A stretch of 64,000 bases of DNA from Lepidodermella squamata (lineage: Eukaryota > Animalia > Gastrotricha). This document shows, one piece after another, positions 1-12,572 of this stretch. Position numbers and translations under genes: made by a program. Below the pieces are notes generated by a model that ran no database searches, was not told the origin of the DNA, and was given only the letters and a program-made list of their open reading frames with translations. Where the stretch lies: positions 3,658,001 to 3,722,000 of the forward strand of contig JBLDXI010000017.1 of NCBI GenBank assembly GCA_047495785.1. Reading direction: 5' to 3'. Numbering within the stretch: position 1 is the stretch's first letter; each line of letters opens with the position of its first letter.

Positions 1-3000
1 TTGACAATGCTAATGCCGCGATATAAGCGCAAATAAAATCAGTCTGAATTTCATTGTCAAGATTGAAGCCAGCAACGTAAAGTCAAATAATCAGACCTAT
101 TTCATATTTTATACTGCCACTACGAGTTTCTACAACACAGATAATTCACATGCCTTTAGAGACACCTGGCAATTACCAGCCTTAGTCTCTCTACCGTTGG
201 CCCGTGACTATCGGAACAGCGACAGGTGAAAAATAAATGGATGATACAGAAATCTCCACTAACAAACCTGTTTATTTTCACCGTAAAAGAACCACTTGTC
301 GATCCAGCATTTTGTCAATTTATCGGCCATTTGCTCACTGCACTGTAGCCGCTCAGTAATTGTACTCTGTAGGCCTAATCCCGAGTCCTGTAACGCAAAA
401 AACTGTCTTATCCGAATGAAACTCAATACTAACACTAACCAAGTGAGTTTTCGCTAAAATTTCTCGCAGACGATAAATTTCTTGCCGAAGTTCGCGAATT
501 AGTCTGACATTTGGATCCTAATTCGATCGATGAAAAACAACGTTATAACAGCAAATAAACATTTTTGCGGATCTACCTCATTCACAGAGGGAATATTAAC
601 GATTGCTTTAGCTCGTTGAGCGTACAGAAGAGTGCTGAGCGATTCTGTGTAGTTCGACGAGGCTGGCGATATGGCTATTGTTTTTCAGAGAAATATTTTC
701 ACATTCTTGAAGTTTCGGCGTTTACTTACTAGCGACCATGACGGTTTTCGCTGAACCGCCCAGTGATCCCCGCAGAAGCCAAGTTAGAACAGAATCGCGA
801 TACGGAATAAACGTGGGCCGCTGTGGTTGTTGACGCGCCGGCGACGACATGTAACCGGAACTACTCGACGCCGTAGCGATCGAATCCAAGTCGGTTGGAC
901 TGCTATTAGCGCCCCGCTCGGCTATAACGGCGTAAACATGAAAATAAACAAACTGATGAGTGTCACAATGTTAAACACTTACCCAACGCCGTAATTACAT
1001 TTCCGAGCGTTATTAGCGAGCGATTAATATTGCTGCCTTCTTTCATCCGCTCTTTCGTGTAAACTTCGTTTGGCGAGCCTCGCTCGGATCCCGCTAAATC
1101 GACCAAATTAACACGACTCACCATTTCAGAAGGCAGGCCATCGACGATTGACGCCTGGCTGAATGTTATCTGAGCAACGGGCAAATATAAAATAAGCCAT
1201 AAATAAGCAAATATGGGATCAACCTGAAAGATGGCATGACTCCGACTGCTGTATGCATGCATGTGAGTCGCGGCGGTTATCCTAACAAAAATTAAGGCGA
1301 AATTACGTATGCTTTTCTTCCACTTGTCGAATTAACCTTCTCTGATTTCCCTTGTCAATCAATTTCCGAATTTCATTCAAATCACGAACAACGAAAGTAG
1401 ATAAATCTGTAATTGACGAAAAACTCAATGAAATAGCTCAGTGAAGCTCATTGGCGAACCTTCAACAAATGGCCCGGTTTTCGGATGCTCGCGAACTTTT
1501 AGCGAAAACCTCTCTTTGCCGACCGGACTCCGCAACAGATCGCGAACGCGTTCGTTGTAAATTTCGTAGTAACTAGCTTCAACCTTGTAAGTAACAGCAG
1601 TTTCACTATCAGCAGCAGCCATCGTTTCATCGAACACGCGTGAGAAGATAACTTCACAAATGCGTGGTGTCAAGCCCGGATTTTCATTTGTTCCCATCAT
1701 TGTGAACGTTTTTCCTGTTCCGGTTTGACCGTACGCGAACAGGCAAGCGTCATAACCATCGAACGCCGACTGCAAGATGTCAAGCCCCAAATCCTGGAAC
1801 ACCTGAGGAAAGACAATGGATTTTCATGTTGTATTTGCAATTTTAGCTCAGTTTTGTTTACAACTCATCGCGGATGCCGCGATGGCCGAAATAATCAAAA
1901 ATTAATCAAGTCAAAACGAACTTGCGCCCTTGCATTACTTCATAACGTAAAAGCTCACTGATGTCGTGCGATGCATCCCTCTAGCATCGAGGCTGCACGC
2001 ACCGGACAAATATTCTTAAAATGCGGCTAATCAATAACTTATTGCGGTCGAACTTTGAGCGCAGGCGACACATGTAGCGCAATTCATTCATAATGCACTC
2101 GCGGCCTGACAGGTAGCAGAGCAGTCGCATAGTAAGAGTTAAGGCGCGCGCATGCGGTCTTTTACTACAAACAAATAAGTGTTAGCCTTATGGCGGATGC
2201 GCGTATGCCGCGTATGATGATAGCCGACGTGTATATTGGTTTTCTCACTTGTACATTTCATCACAGTCATTCTGGGCGGATCAGTTCTACATCGATAGGC
2301 TACTCGGCCGCAGTAAACAGTAAATATTGTTGACCAACCGATAGTTTTTCAAAAATACGGCCATGTGAACCCCTATGCTGTGACCGATAGTTATACCTAT
2401 TTTTTTACACCCATCTCGATATCGCACCTTCTGCGAAAACGTAAACAAGTTAATGATTTTCTCGCACAATAAATCAGCCGTTGCCTTCAAATAAGAATAA
2501 TATGTGGTCCACATGTTAGGGCCACACGCAATAAATTCAGTCGCTGGTCATCATGGGGTCCAAAGACGAGCATTTCAAGACGAATCAATGTGAATAGACG
2601 CTAAGAATGAACAACGGCACGGCAATGTGTAATATCTAAGTCACGAATTAATACGCGGCAATAGCGTGTCTGGTTCATAGACAAAGCGTCGGTCGATAAT
2701 AACAGAAGAAATACGTTAGATTCGTCCAAGCAATCGCTCCGCTTTGAGCCTTTGCGACACTCCACTTAGTGTCAATTTATGCCCCGTGAAGCCCTTTCAA
2801 AATACTTTGTTGTTCTCAAAACAGGTGACCTAGCTGCGCACGCCCTATGCTAACGAAAAGAGCATTTGTCACGATGCGCACGTGCCTAGTAAATTGCATC
2901 GGCAATATTGAAATGTATACCTAACCGAAGGAGAAAATAGATTCTCTGCGGGAGAAAAACGTACAAATAAAATTAAAAAATACTAGTTACCAGTTCTTGA

Positions 3001-3316
3001 CACCCACTGGTTTCCTCCATCGAATCGTAACATGCGTCGAATCCGAAGTTTTTCTTGCGCTCCCGGCTATCAGCAACGGCTCCTCCGCGTGATTCAAGCT
3101 TAAAATAGTGAACATAAATAATAAATGAAAGAGGGTTTGATGAAACTCACTCGTGCATTTTTTATCGTCAAGAAATTTTCATTGACTTCGACGATCACAG
3201 AGTCGCCGTTCTCAATTTCCCTGTAACGATGAAAGTTACGTTCGTCCTAAGCAGTTCAGTGGATCTTACCGTCTTGACAGCGGTCGCACGCGTACAGCGA
3301 CTTTAATATTAGCCAT
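1..3316 (-). CDS. Kinesin-3 motor, STARD9/KIF16A-like (multi-exon; 3' end unresolved, probably leaves the window)
   Basis: Spliced exons give [31 protein letters not shown]-loop [45 protein letters not shown] and [13 protein letters not shown]. The N-terminus and LPSEM segment resemble STARD9 more than KIF16B. ATG at 3316; one 1.2 kb intron (~1804-2991). Confidence 0.85.
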
Positions 3317-5716
3317 GATAAAAAACCACGCGGATTCGAGTGTTAGCAACAGGCCAAAGAATACTAATCATAAGTTGTTAATTGATTAAATAAACAGGCA
3401 TCTTAACGGGCTCTAAGAGAATAAAGCGCTATTAATACATTTAACATAAATGGTTCCTTTGACACTCTCAGATAAATATGCGGGTGAGCATTTTTTGAGC
3501 GATAAAACACGAGTTTTTATCACGGCGTGAACCAGTCTTTGTATAACAGCTTTTGATCAGGTGGAACGTTACGTTTTTTCGCCGTTATCACTAGTAGCGG
3601 CATCTCCGAGCTCAAAAGGTACAACTAAGTCTACGCCGCTTTGGAGAAATCGCCGCATGATAATGCCGCGTTCTTAATTTTATACATTAGATAGGCAGTG
3701 ATGCGGAAGAGAGCTAAATAAGTACTCCACTGCGATTAAACCGCGCGTTGAACCTGAGAAGAACAATTAATTACTCAGTATCGAAGATGCTGAAATCGCC
3801 GCAAAAAGAGTACAGACTCTCTTATTGGATATAGTACTTATATGCACTTGATTCCAGAGCGAGCGCTCAAAAAAGCCTCAAAAGCATGGGCGATCTCGTT
3901 TATCAAAAGTGTCTGCCATAGATGAAATGCGAAAACAAGTAAAGCCTAGACAATGACATTCCCAATTGAACTTCTTCGGGCGACAAATAAAATAATGAAA
4001 TTAGTTTACGTTTCGATATATACGATTAGAAGTCAGCCATTAAGATTGGGCAAATACCAGGTAACCTATAAACAGCAAAGACGTACAAGGATGTGGTCTA
4101 GAGAGATTTGTAGATAGGTTGCAGCTCTTGTGTCTGCGCGTTCTTATTTCTGATAGAGTTCGGATCGTACCCTCTAGTCGATAGGCAGTAGAAGAAAAAC
4201 TAGTAATTGTCTCAAATTTAAGTCACCGGGCAATAAATACATCATAAAACAGTATAGTATGAATTCTCTCATCTCTCAACGTAGTTTATCAAGTACTTAA
4301 TGGTCTGAAACAAACAAACAAAAGACATTGGGCCACGCAATCGAAAATATGTATTTCACAAAACAATGAGCAAAATGAAAGCAGAACTATATTTTTCCAG
4401 TATTTATATCTACGCATCAACCCCGCCATATCAGGAGATCTTTCCGATGTTTCCTCGGCAGCCTTTGCAGGAAACATCATTCATCGAGATCAATATTGCG
4501 AATGTCTGTTTGAAAAGAATCGATCAATGATCAATGATCAACCATGGAAGACCGCCAAGACTATCGAGCATTTAGCAGTTAACAGGCTTATAGGCAATAA
4601 AGACATCAAAACCTTGTCACCACAAAACACTAATTGGAGTTTGATCCTCCAGGTGGCGCTTACGGACAACCTGTCATGTATTTTACCGAGATGTCAACAT
4701 TTTATTCAAGATATGTGCATTCCTTAAAGCTAAAAGAAGTAATCATCAGCGCGCAGAACCTCTACGTGAGGTGGGAGTAACAAAATTGATAAGGTAAGTA
4801 AAAAAGTCATGATGGTGATAGCGAAGACAGTTAGCTCGAGAAAGCTGACACATAAACGCCGAGTAACAACAAGAAGGAGCTAATGCGATCATGGGTTGTC
4901 TAAGGACGCGTCGCTCAGGCAAAATTTGCCGCTCAGTTCACAAGGACGCTAAAATAATAATAATTTCAAGATTTTAAAAAATTAGCCAACAAAACTCGTG
5001 AAGTAATTATCATATGTAATTGCTGACAAATAATATTTAAAAAATAGCCGCATGTTATTTTGTGTCTGGGCGCCAAAAGCTTAGTGCCCAGTTTGGTCAA
5101 CCGTTGCCCCATCTTAAACTTCGAGCGAGCATCAAATTCATGCACTATGATAATCAAAAGATGCCCCAACACCTAAAGTATTAATCCGCCAATTTTCATG
5201 ACATTTGACTATAATCTGAGCGCATGAGCAACGCGGTGCTGGCCTTCGAAATCCTACGATCCTAACGGTCGAGGAGAGAATGCTCAGCTGAAAAACTTCA
5301 ACCTCCATAGAGAAGCCTCAGAGTTGTTAGTTGACTAACTTAAACACAAAGGCCATGGGAATTTGAATACCAAGGGTATAGTGTGATAGAAGCCTTGTCA
5401 AACCAGTGAATTTCCCTAATTGTTTTCAGAACACCATTTGTCGCTCTGCAACAATGTCTCATTTTACTGTATTTATGTTGATCTCATTTCAGTGGCATTG
5501 CTTACGTTTGAACATAGCTTGATCGAGAGGCTAAGCAGCAAAATATGAAGAACAACCTTGGCTCATTTTACTAGGCCTTGTTTTGCATCGAGTTTAGAAC
5601 ACGACTATCTTCAATGATAGTGAAATATACAGGGCTCATGGAAAGCCAGCGAAAACGCAGTTGAGGCCACAGGGCACACGGAAGCCTGATTTTTCCCTAA
5701 CTTATTAAATTAAATA

Positions 5717-5916
5717 CAATGAAACTCCGATTTCGTGTCCTTTTATTTTCCATCTGACGGGAAATCCGGGTATGCAAAAGATAAGGGGGTGAAAAATCTT
5801 CAGTTTTTCCCGCAGCATCGAATTGCATGTAAATTGACCCGGATTATCCGTCTTTTCGGATTTCCCGCCCGATTTTTCGGCCGGGTCGTAGATGAAGCCA
5901 AATGGGGGTTTCACTG
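5717..5916. mobile_element. Decayed MITE, Tc1/mariner-pogo (Tigger)-like
   Basis: Imperfect TIRs: TA|caatgaaactccgatttcg on the left versus reverse complement cagtgaaacccccatttgg on the right, followed by TG (decayed TA). There is also an internal inverted pair gggaaatccg/cggatttccc. Confidence 0.5.
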
Positions 5917-6652
5917 TGAATTCATTTTGATCAAGTTTCGTTTACTACAACTTCAGCTTGTTCGTTGACCTATTGCGTACTGAGGGAATATCGCTTAGGA
6001 TCAGGATCGCTCAGGATCGCTCTGGGAGGGAACCAGGAAAAAGCCCCCTCGCCAACTAATCCAACAAGTTACAAATATGGAGGCTTCAGAGTTTCAGGTA
6101 GACTGTATCATCAGCCGAATGCCACCTTCTAGGTTTGAAATATAGAAACAAAAATGAATAGGTAACCTGATTTTATTCATCATATCAGATTGAAATAGCA
6201 CAGTTAGAAGCTCTCGAACAACGTCACATGAAAATAATAAATTTGGCATGCATGACAAAAAACATCAGCAGCTTGACTTTCACCATTTTTCATCACAAGT
6301 AAGGCCATGAGGAACGCAGAGAAACGAAAATGACAATGGAATGACGCATGATACGCTCTTGGCTATCAAACAGTAAGGAGGTTGAAACGCAGGATTTTAT
6401 ACAATTTGCGAATTGAATATCCACCTGACCAAGTAACAAAAATACACCTCCGTCAACAGAAAAGACAAATATTTATCGGCACAATTTCAACCGGAATATT
6501 TGGTTGCACAAAAACGGCAGACTTTGAAAATTTAAATAAAATTAACCTTCCGCTTTTCATAAGAAAAGACCAAAGAGATTCAGGAATGCTATATCAGAAC
6601 AATATATGAGATGTGGAGTTTGAAATTGTTAAAATGCGATAGTACCGAAACC

Positions 6653-8274
6653 TTATTTAGATGCTAGACCATATTTAGCCTTTTCTGGTGGCCTAATAAC
6701 GTAAATTCGAGTGATCAAGTCTGGAGTGTGCGATGCAGCAGCTGACCGCAGTTCGGCCCAGTGCGCGCTTTCCAGCGTGTCTGGCTCGGCTATGGAACCG
6801 ATCGCCACCCATCCGATGTTTTCACGTCTGCGGCTGTACACCATAATACCTATGCTAACATCAGCCAGTTGAAATTGCGCGACCTATACGATAAAAAAAT
6901 ACTGATGAATTTATATCAAAACGAAAATTCTGATAAGGCTACCTGGAAGACGAATTTTTCTTTATAGCTAGGAGACGCTCCTTTGCTCAGACGGGTTTTA
7001 GCCTGAGCCAGCAAGCGATCTGCTGTGGGTCCTAACATGACTAGAATCTTCACATAGGTTTCCATTTTTTGCGGTGCTTGGCGCATCAATCGATTTAGGC
7101 CCAAAGCTTGCCCAACCTAAGAATAACGAATAAAATGTATCGTATTAAATAGGTTGAATTTGATGCTAACCTCTACTGCTAATCGTCCCGTCAGAGCACT
7201 GTATGCCAGGCTTATTTGGATAGTTGGCTCTAAAGATGCGGAATGCTTTAATAGCTGATGCTCAGGAGCTTCAACAACATCAATCGCCCACAAGCCATCT
7301 TCGGCGGTTTGCATGGGCGCCCATCGGGTAACGTCGATGTCTTTAGGCAAAGTTGCCATTGACACAATAGCAGCGCCAATCATCTTCACGGGGGCGATCA
7401 TCATCGAGCGCCCATAAATGCGCAACCGTACGTAAGTGTCGGGCAGCGCTTCGTTGGGCACACGACACGTGAACAGCGACAGAAACAACGGATTGTCACC
7501 TTTCTCGAAGTTGGTTTTGAAGTTGTATTTCTTGGCTGGAAGAATAGAGACCTGAACTTGGTACTGCCAATCAGGGTGGGCTGTATTTTTCGCCTGCTTT
7601 ACGTTGATCGACAGCTCGCCTCGGCTGGTTGAATAGCTGAAACCCAGCTCAACCGCGAGTTCTTTTGATTCGCTAGAAGATCCGACTAGAATTGGCTGAT
7701 TCTCAGGCAGCTCAGACTCCGCTGGTGCCGCAACATCGCCAGTTGCGGCGTTTGCCTGCGAAGAGGACGCAATTTGATCAACAGCAGCAGCAACAGCCGC
7801 CGCTGCGCCGCCTTCCTCGTCGAATGGCTCTTCTTCGGCATGCGGCACTTCACCGTGCACCTTCTTGAGCTGCATATTGGACATTCGGATCGACTTGTGC
7901 CGCTGAAACTGATTGACTGCGTCATCTTCCGAATCGCAGTCCTCGTCATCTTCTTCCTCTGTCAAACCGTACTCGCGTCCAGTTGTTGCGTCGAACCGCT
8001 TTTTCGGTGGCCGATCCACACAAGGAAAGCCACCGATAGTTCGGAAGCAAAACATTTTGTTCAGATACATGAAGAAGATGATCAGCAGAATTAGACACAC
8101 GCCGACAAAGCCCAAGAACGCAACCGCTTCGGCCGAAACTGCAAATAAAAAACAGCATTATTTAAATAAAGATATACTTATGTAAAGGTCGGAACCTAGT
8201 GGCGGCCGTAGGGTAAATATGGCGAGCTTCTCGGCACTAACGGTAGTGCCGAGTGCGACAGTGGTAAAAGACAT
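6653..8274 (-). CDS. Synaptotagmin-14/16-like (N-terminal TM + C2A + C2B)
   Basis: Four exons: ATG at 8274; TM VSAEAVAFLGFVGVCLILLIIFFMYLN; C2A in ORF 7117-8115; C2B ISLAYSALTGRLAVEV..TYVKI..KEKFVFQ|VAQFQLADVS..IGWVAIG..AHWAEL; stop at 6653. Confidence 0.85.
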
Positions 8275-8485
8275 GATTTTTAATCCTTTCGCTGAAAAAT
8301 TATTCTACTTACTGCTTCGAATAAACGAGAATAATCCCTAGAAAAAGGCTGAACAAGGGAACCATATGGTAGTTTCACACCCTACACGTAGTGATATCGC
8401 TGATTAGCTCGCAGCATGTGATAGACTTATTGCGTATGCATTTTCGGCGATAAAAAAACGACGCGATCACGATACAGCACAGCTG

Positions 8486-8755
8486 CTACGGAAAAACGCA
8501 GAGCCTTACAGGCCAATTTAACGCGGAGCCTCAAAGAACAGCCGATGGTGGCATAAAAATGGTACATGATTCAAACGTACATGGCTGAGCAGCCCTGGCT
8601 CTGACTATCGCCGAGCTGTTGCCGGGAATTGGTTTGGTAGATCCAGCTCCGGTCAAATTTTTGGCAATACCAGGCGTTGCAACAACAACATCAGGAGCGG
8701 CGGCTACATAGACTAGACACAACGCGGCAATAGCCGCATTCAAAAACAGTGCCAT
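8486..8755 (-). CDS. Small secreted peptide precursor (about 72 aa if spliced, 74 aa if unspliced), unknown family
   Basis: Signal peptide MALFLNAAIAALCLVYVAAA, an upstream acceptor tttttgtag, and a predicted 51-nt intron 8530-8580 (GTACGT...ctttgAG). The spliced C-terminus reads RARAAQPCSALNWPVRLCVFP*. Confidence 0.5.
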
Positions 8756-8862
8756 CGAACGGCACTGATTGTCGAGTCGCACAATAATCAGTTAAATCCT
8801 ACAAAAATAGCAGACCGTGTTACAGGTAAAACCATTGATTTCGTTATATAAAATGAGCAAAG

Positions 8863-10268
8863 CTATTCATCATTGTCTTCTTCATCGCTTTCATCACTTG
8901 CGTACGCAGCAAGTGAAAGCAAATTTTCGGATTTGGCCACTAGCGGGGCCGGTTTTTGAGCAACGGGCTGCGACTCATCCTCAGAATCGGACGAGTCGGT
9001 TATGTGAACTTTTTCTTCTAGATACTCCATTTCATCGGAACTTCCGTCAGTAATTTCTCCATCTTCCGGCTCTGCTTTTTCCAGATTTTCTTCTGGGAGC
9101 ACGTCAGGCTTCGATTCGACTTCACGTGCTTCAGATCGATTACTCATCCAAGACGGAGCGCGGCCATTTTGAGCAACGTATTCCTTGAAAGACTCGTCAG
9201 GTAGCAACACCACGATGGTAGGGTGCTCGACTATGCACTGATGGCGCAAGTTACCAGCTAACGTTTTCTCCTTTTCGATAACTCGCCACCGATCATAGCT
9301 GTGCCGGTTTGGTTTGACGCGTAACAGAAACGTCAAGGCACACCCAAGCTGCATCTCTTCAAGCAGCTCGCCCTCCTCTTCTTGCTCCACCGTCTTTGGA
9401 GCAGTGTAAGCCAATTTATAGGGCCGCAGCACAGGGGCGGCTGCATTGTTTGTTGTCATTAGGCTGTACAGAGCCTGCGGTACCCGGTCGTACTCGTAAA
9501 CGCTGCAATGCGAACGTGCGTTATAGTAGCGCCGTTACGAGAGTGCTGCTCAATTTACCTACCTGGTCTGCATATATTTCTTATTTATAGCCGGGAATAT
9601 CCATTCGACTTGCCACATTATTACGTCTCGCCTATAAGCCGGAAATTAATGAGATAACTCGTATGGCTAGATATAACAATGATGGTGTGGGCGGGCAGCT
9701 AACCTCGGAATGAAGCATGTTTTGTTGAGGAAACCCCTAGACATATTAGGCGCAACTGTTCTCAGAATTATACAACGCCGCGAACACGCCCTCGCCAGAT
9801 TCGCCACCCACATAGATCGCTCAGTCTGTCGAAATTTCTTGAAACCTCGATGAGTGCTGTTAACCATTCGCGCCGCTTTCTCCAAAAACAAGTAATCTAG
9901 AAAATTAGAATTTGTGACCTGAAAAGACAATTCCAATAAATAGGTACTTACCACTTAGTAGTGTTTGATCGTCAAAGTGATGCAGTGCCTTGAAAGCAGC
10001 GGCGTCTCGTCGCCCATCACAGCCAAGTTTTTCCTTGTGCTGCCGACAGCATTCGAGAGAACACGTCTGAACAGAACAGCCGGGGCATTTGTAGCGCTTC
10101 TCCTTGGTCTTGCACATTTCACATAAAACAGCATCACAACTACTATAGTAGGCGGAAGAGAGTAATAAATTAAGCCGGCGTGTAGTTTATTAAACAAAAT
10201 AATTCTCACCGAAGCAGCTGTTTCGACGCCGACTTGCCAGTAAGCAGAAGTTCAGCTGCTAAAGCCAT
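8863..10268 (-). CDS. ZNHIT6: Box C/D snoRNA biogenesis protein BCD1 / zinc finger HIT domain-containing 6
   Basis: zf-HIT CEMCK..YKCPGCSVQTCSLECCRQHKEKLGCDGRR, LLSDYLFLE, IMWQVEWIF, and LAGNLRHQCIVEHPTIVV. All exons join through GT-AG introns. Confidence 0.9.
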
Positions 10269-10880
10269 TCGTTAATATTTTAATGGCGTAGCAATAAAGT
10301 TGCCTAAAATAAGAAATATACACAAGATTGAATCTCTTAGCGTCACTAAAACCTCCTTTTCGCAGCCTGGAAAATTTTATTACGCGTAGAATCGAATACT
10401 TCGAAAACAAATCAGCAAAGAGCCGGTAAGGCACACTTCAAGCACTAAAAATCCGGTAAAATGCTCTCCGCCCACGCAGTAGCAAGCCTACGCGTGAAAC
10501 AACTACGTCTAAAAACCACGCGCTCGGAAGCTCGTTCAAAGGCTCCGGCGAAACAGGGGCTTTCAGCAGCGCGTCAACGAAACAGGCAGCATCATGCTAT
10601 ACGTAAAATTGCCACTTCGTAATGATCAAATCAAAATCGTAATAAGATTTACGTAGGACTCATTAGTTGAATGGCGAATCAGAATTTTCGGAGGTCACAA
10701 AGGTGGAGGGTTTGATTGTGCGAAGCTCGTATAAAACAATAAGGAAGACTGCTATGACATAATTTATATACTGATCGGCGTCAACAGATGAGATTTCCAT
10801 GAGGTCTTTCTAGTAACAAGGTTATGGAAAAGCGAGTAAGCAGGATAACAATTAGCACCATAGCAAAATAAAGGCTCGTG

Positions 10881-12429
10881 TTATTTGTTTTTCTTGGCCT
10901 CTCCTTCAGAGGCAGCACCTCCAGCGCTCGATGCAGCTTGAGCTCCAGAGGCGCTTGAAGCCGAAGCAGCTGCGTCGGTGGTGGTAGCAGGGCGTATCGT
11001 GATTGTTGCATTTCGTAGTGCATCCCACATGCCTACAGAAACACATTAAAACAGATGATTTTCATGTTATTGCGTAGACTCACCTCCAAGAAGAATCGAT
11101 GCGACAAGATTCTCAAGCGGGCGCAGAGGATCGTGGATGTGGAAGACCAAATAGGCGATGCGGAAGTTGATGAAGGCAATAACAACGCCGAGGTAAACAA
11201 GAGAGAACGGGATGTCGGGCAAAAGATTCAAATTGGCAGCGACAAAAACCGCGCTTGCAGCCGCCGAATACTTGGTGGTACTGTATAGACAAAGAAAAAA
11301 AAATCAATCATAATTGAACAGCTTCAAGATGACTAATAGGAATGCACGTCAAAGCCACGCAAATTCATGGATGGCATGCGTAATCAGGTTAGTTTTAGGA
11401 TATCGATCATTCGCGCGCAAGCATGTAAAAAGGTCGCGCACAGCACACAGGAATGCAAATCGTACAATGACAACTGCAGAAATTCGAGAGAATGGCCGTG
11501 GCCGTGGCCATGGGCGCCTTTCTGGCCGTGACCCGCACTGCTGTGTGCCGCAAGGGCAGCGGCGCCGCCACGAATAGCGCGATCAACCGGAGCCAGCCAA
11601 TAATAGGAAGAGCCTAGCCCCCGCAAAATAAAAATGAATAACAATAATTGAGCTTACAAAGATAAATGAAGAAATTCAAGAGGTGGGGTCTTCATGTCCA
11701 ACAGCGACCTTCTGTGCGCATTGTCGTGAATGCCAAACACTAGTTGGTAACTAATCGACCGGAAAAACGCTACGCCGCCACCTAACCAAATCAATCGGGT
11801 CACAAATTGACATCGACAAAAGCAACATTCATTTGTATCGAGTTACCCCTGGTATGATAACCAAATGAAATAGACACATGATATAAGTTACCTTTAATAG
11901 TTCCGATGAGAATCATCAGGAAATACGCATCAGGGTAAATGTGAGCGACGTGATTCACACCATCAAGAATTTTGTAGGCACGCTGTACTTCCTTGATCAA
12001 CGAGATGGTCAGCTTCAACGGAGTCCAGCGGACGATTTTGTACATGAGGTCAAATGGAGAATAGAATATTATATACCAGACGACCGATGCCGTGGCCAAG
12101 TCGCGGTGGCTCAGAAACGGCTTGGTGATGGGCTCTCCAAGTAAGAAACTGGAGAGGAATCCAGCAGAGAAGCACAGCATCATGGAGCTGAACCAACAAG
12201 CAAAGGGATGCCTGCGAGCAAACTGTTGCGCGTGAGATGTTTGTCCTGATGAACCGCCTAGAGTCAAAAATCATTAACATAAAATTCCAAGCATCAACTG
12301 GGATTGCTCACTGGGCAGGTCGTCTTTCACTTGAAGACACATCAGGGTGTAGTGGCAAATGTCAAAATAAGGGTACATTTTTAATTTTCCCACCACTGCG
12401 CCGATATCAAGTAGCAATTCGTTGTCCAT
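10881..12429 (-). CDS. TMEM38: Trimeric intracellular cation channel (TRIC/TMEM38) with a mutually exclusive exon pair
   Basis: MDNELLL..KMYPYFDICHY, FARRHPFACWFSSMMLCF, LLGEP, WYIIFYSPFD, KEVQRAYKILDGVNH, GTIKG, TTK, DPLRPLEN, GMWDAL; stop at 10881. Confidence 0.93.
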
Positions 12430-12572
12430 CTCGAGGCTACAATTTGATTAACAGCTCTAAACGAAATGACGTCATTATTTGCAGAAATAATCGGTACATT
12501 ATCATAGGATTTTCTTTCTCTCTGAAGGATAGCGGAAGGGCTCATCGGTAAATAACATAAATCTAAGCAAAG

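Noticed and set aside
4645-4660. CTCF-like motif CCTCCAGGTGGCGCT (weaker ones near 28700 and 52125)
   Set aside because: Single short motif matches cannot be told from chance without ChIP or conservation data.
8531-8581. CTFESC as a vasopressin/oxytocin-like ring
   Set aside because: It is probably intronic, is not adjacent to the signal peptide, and lacks PxG-GKR and neurophysin.
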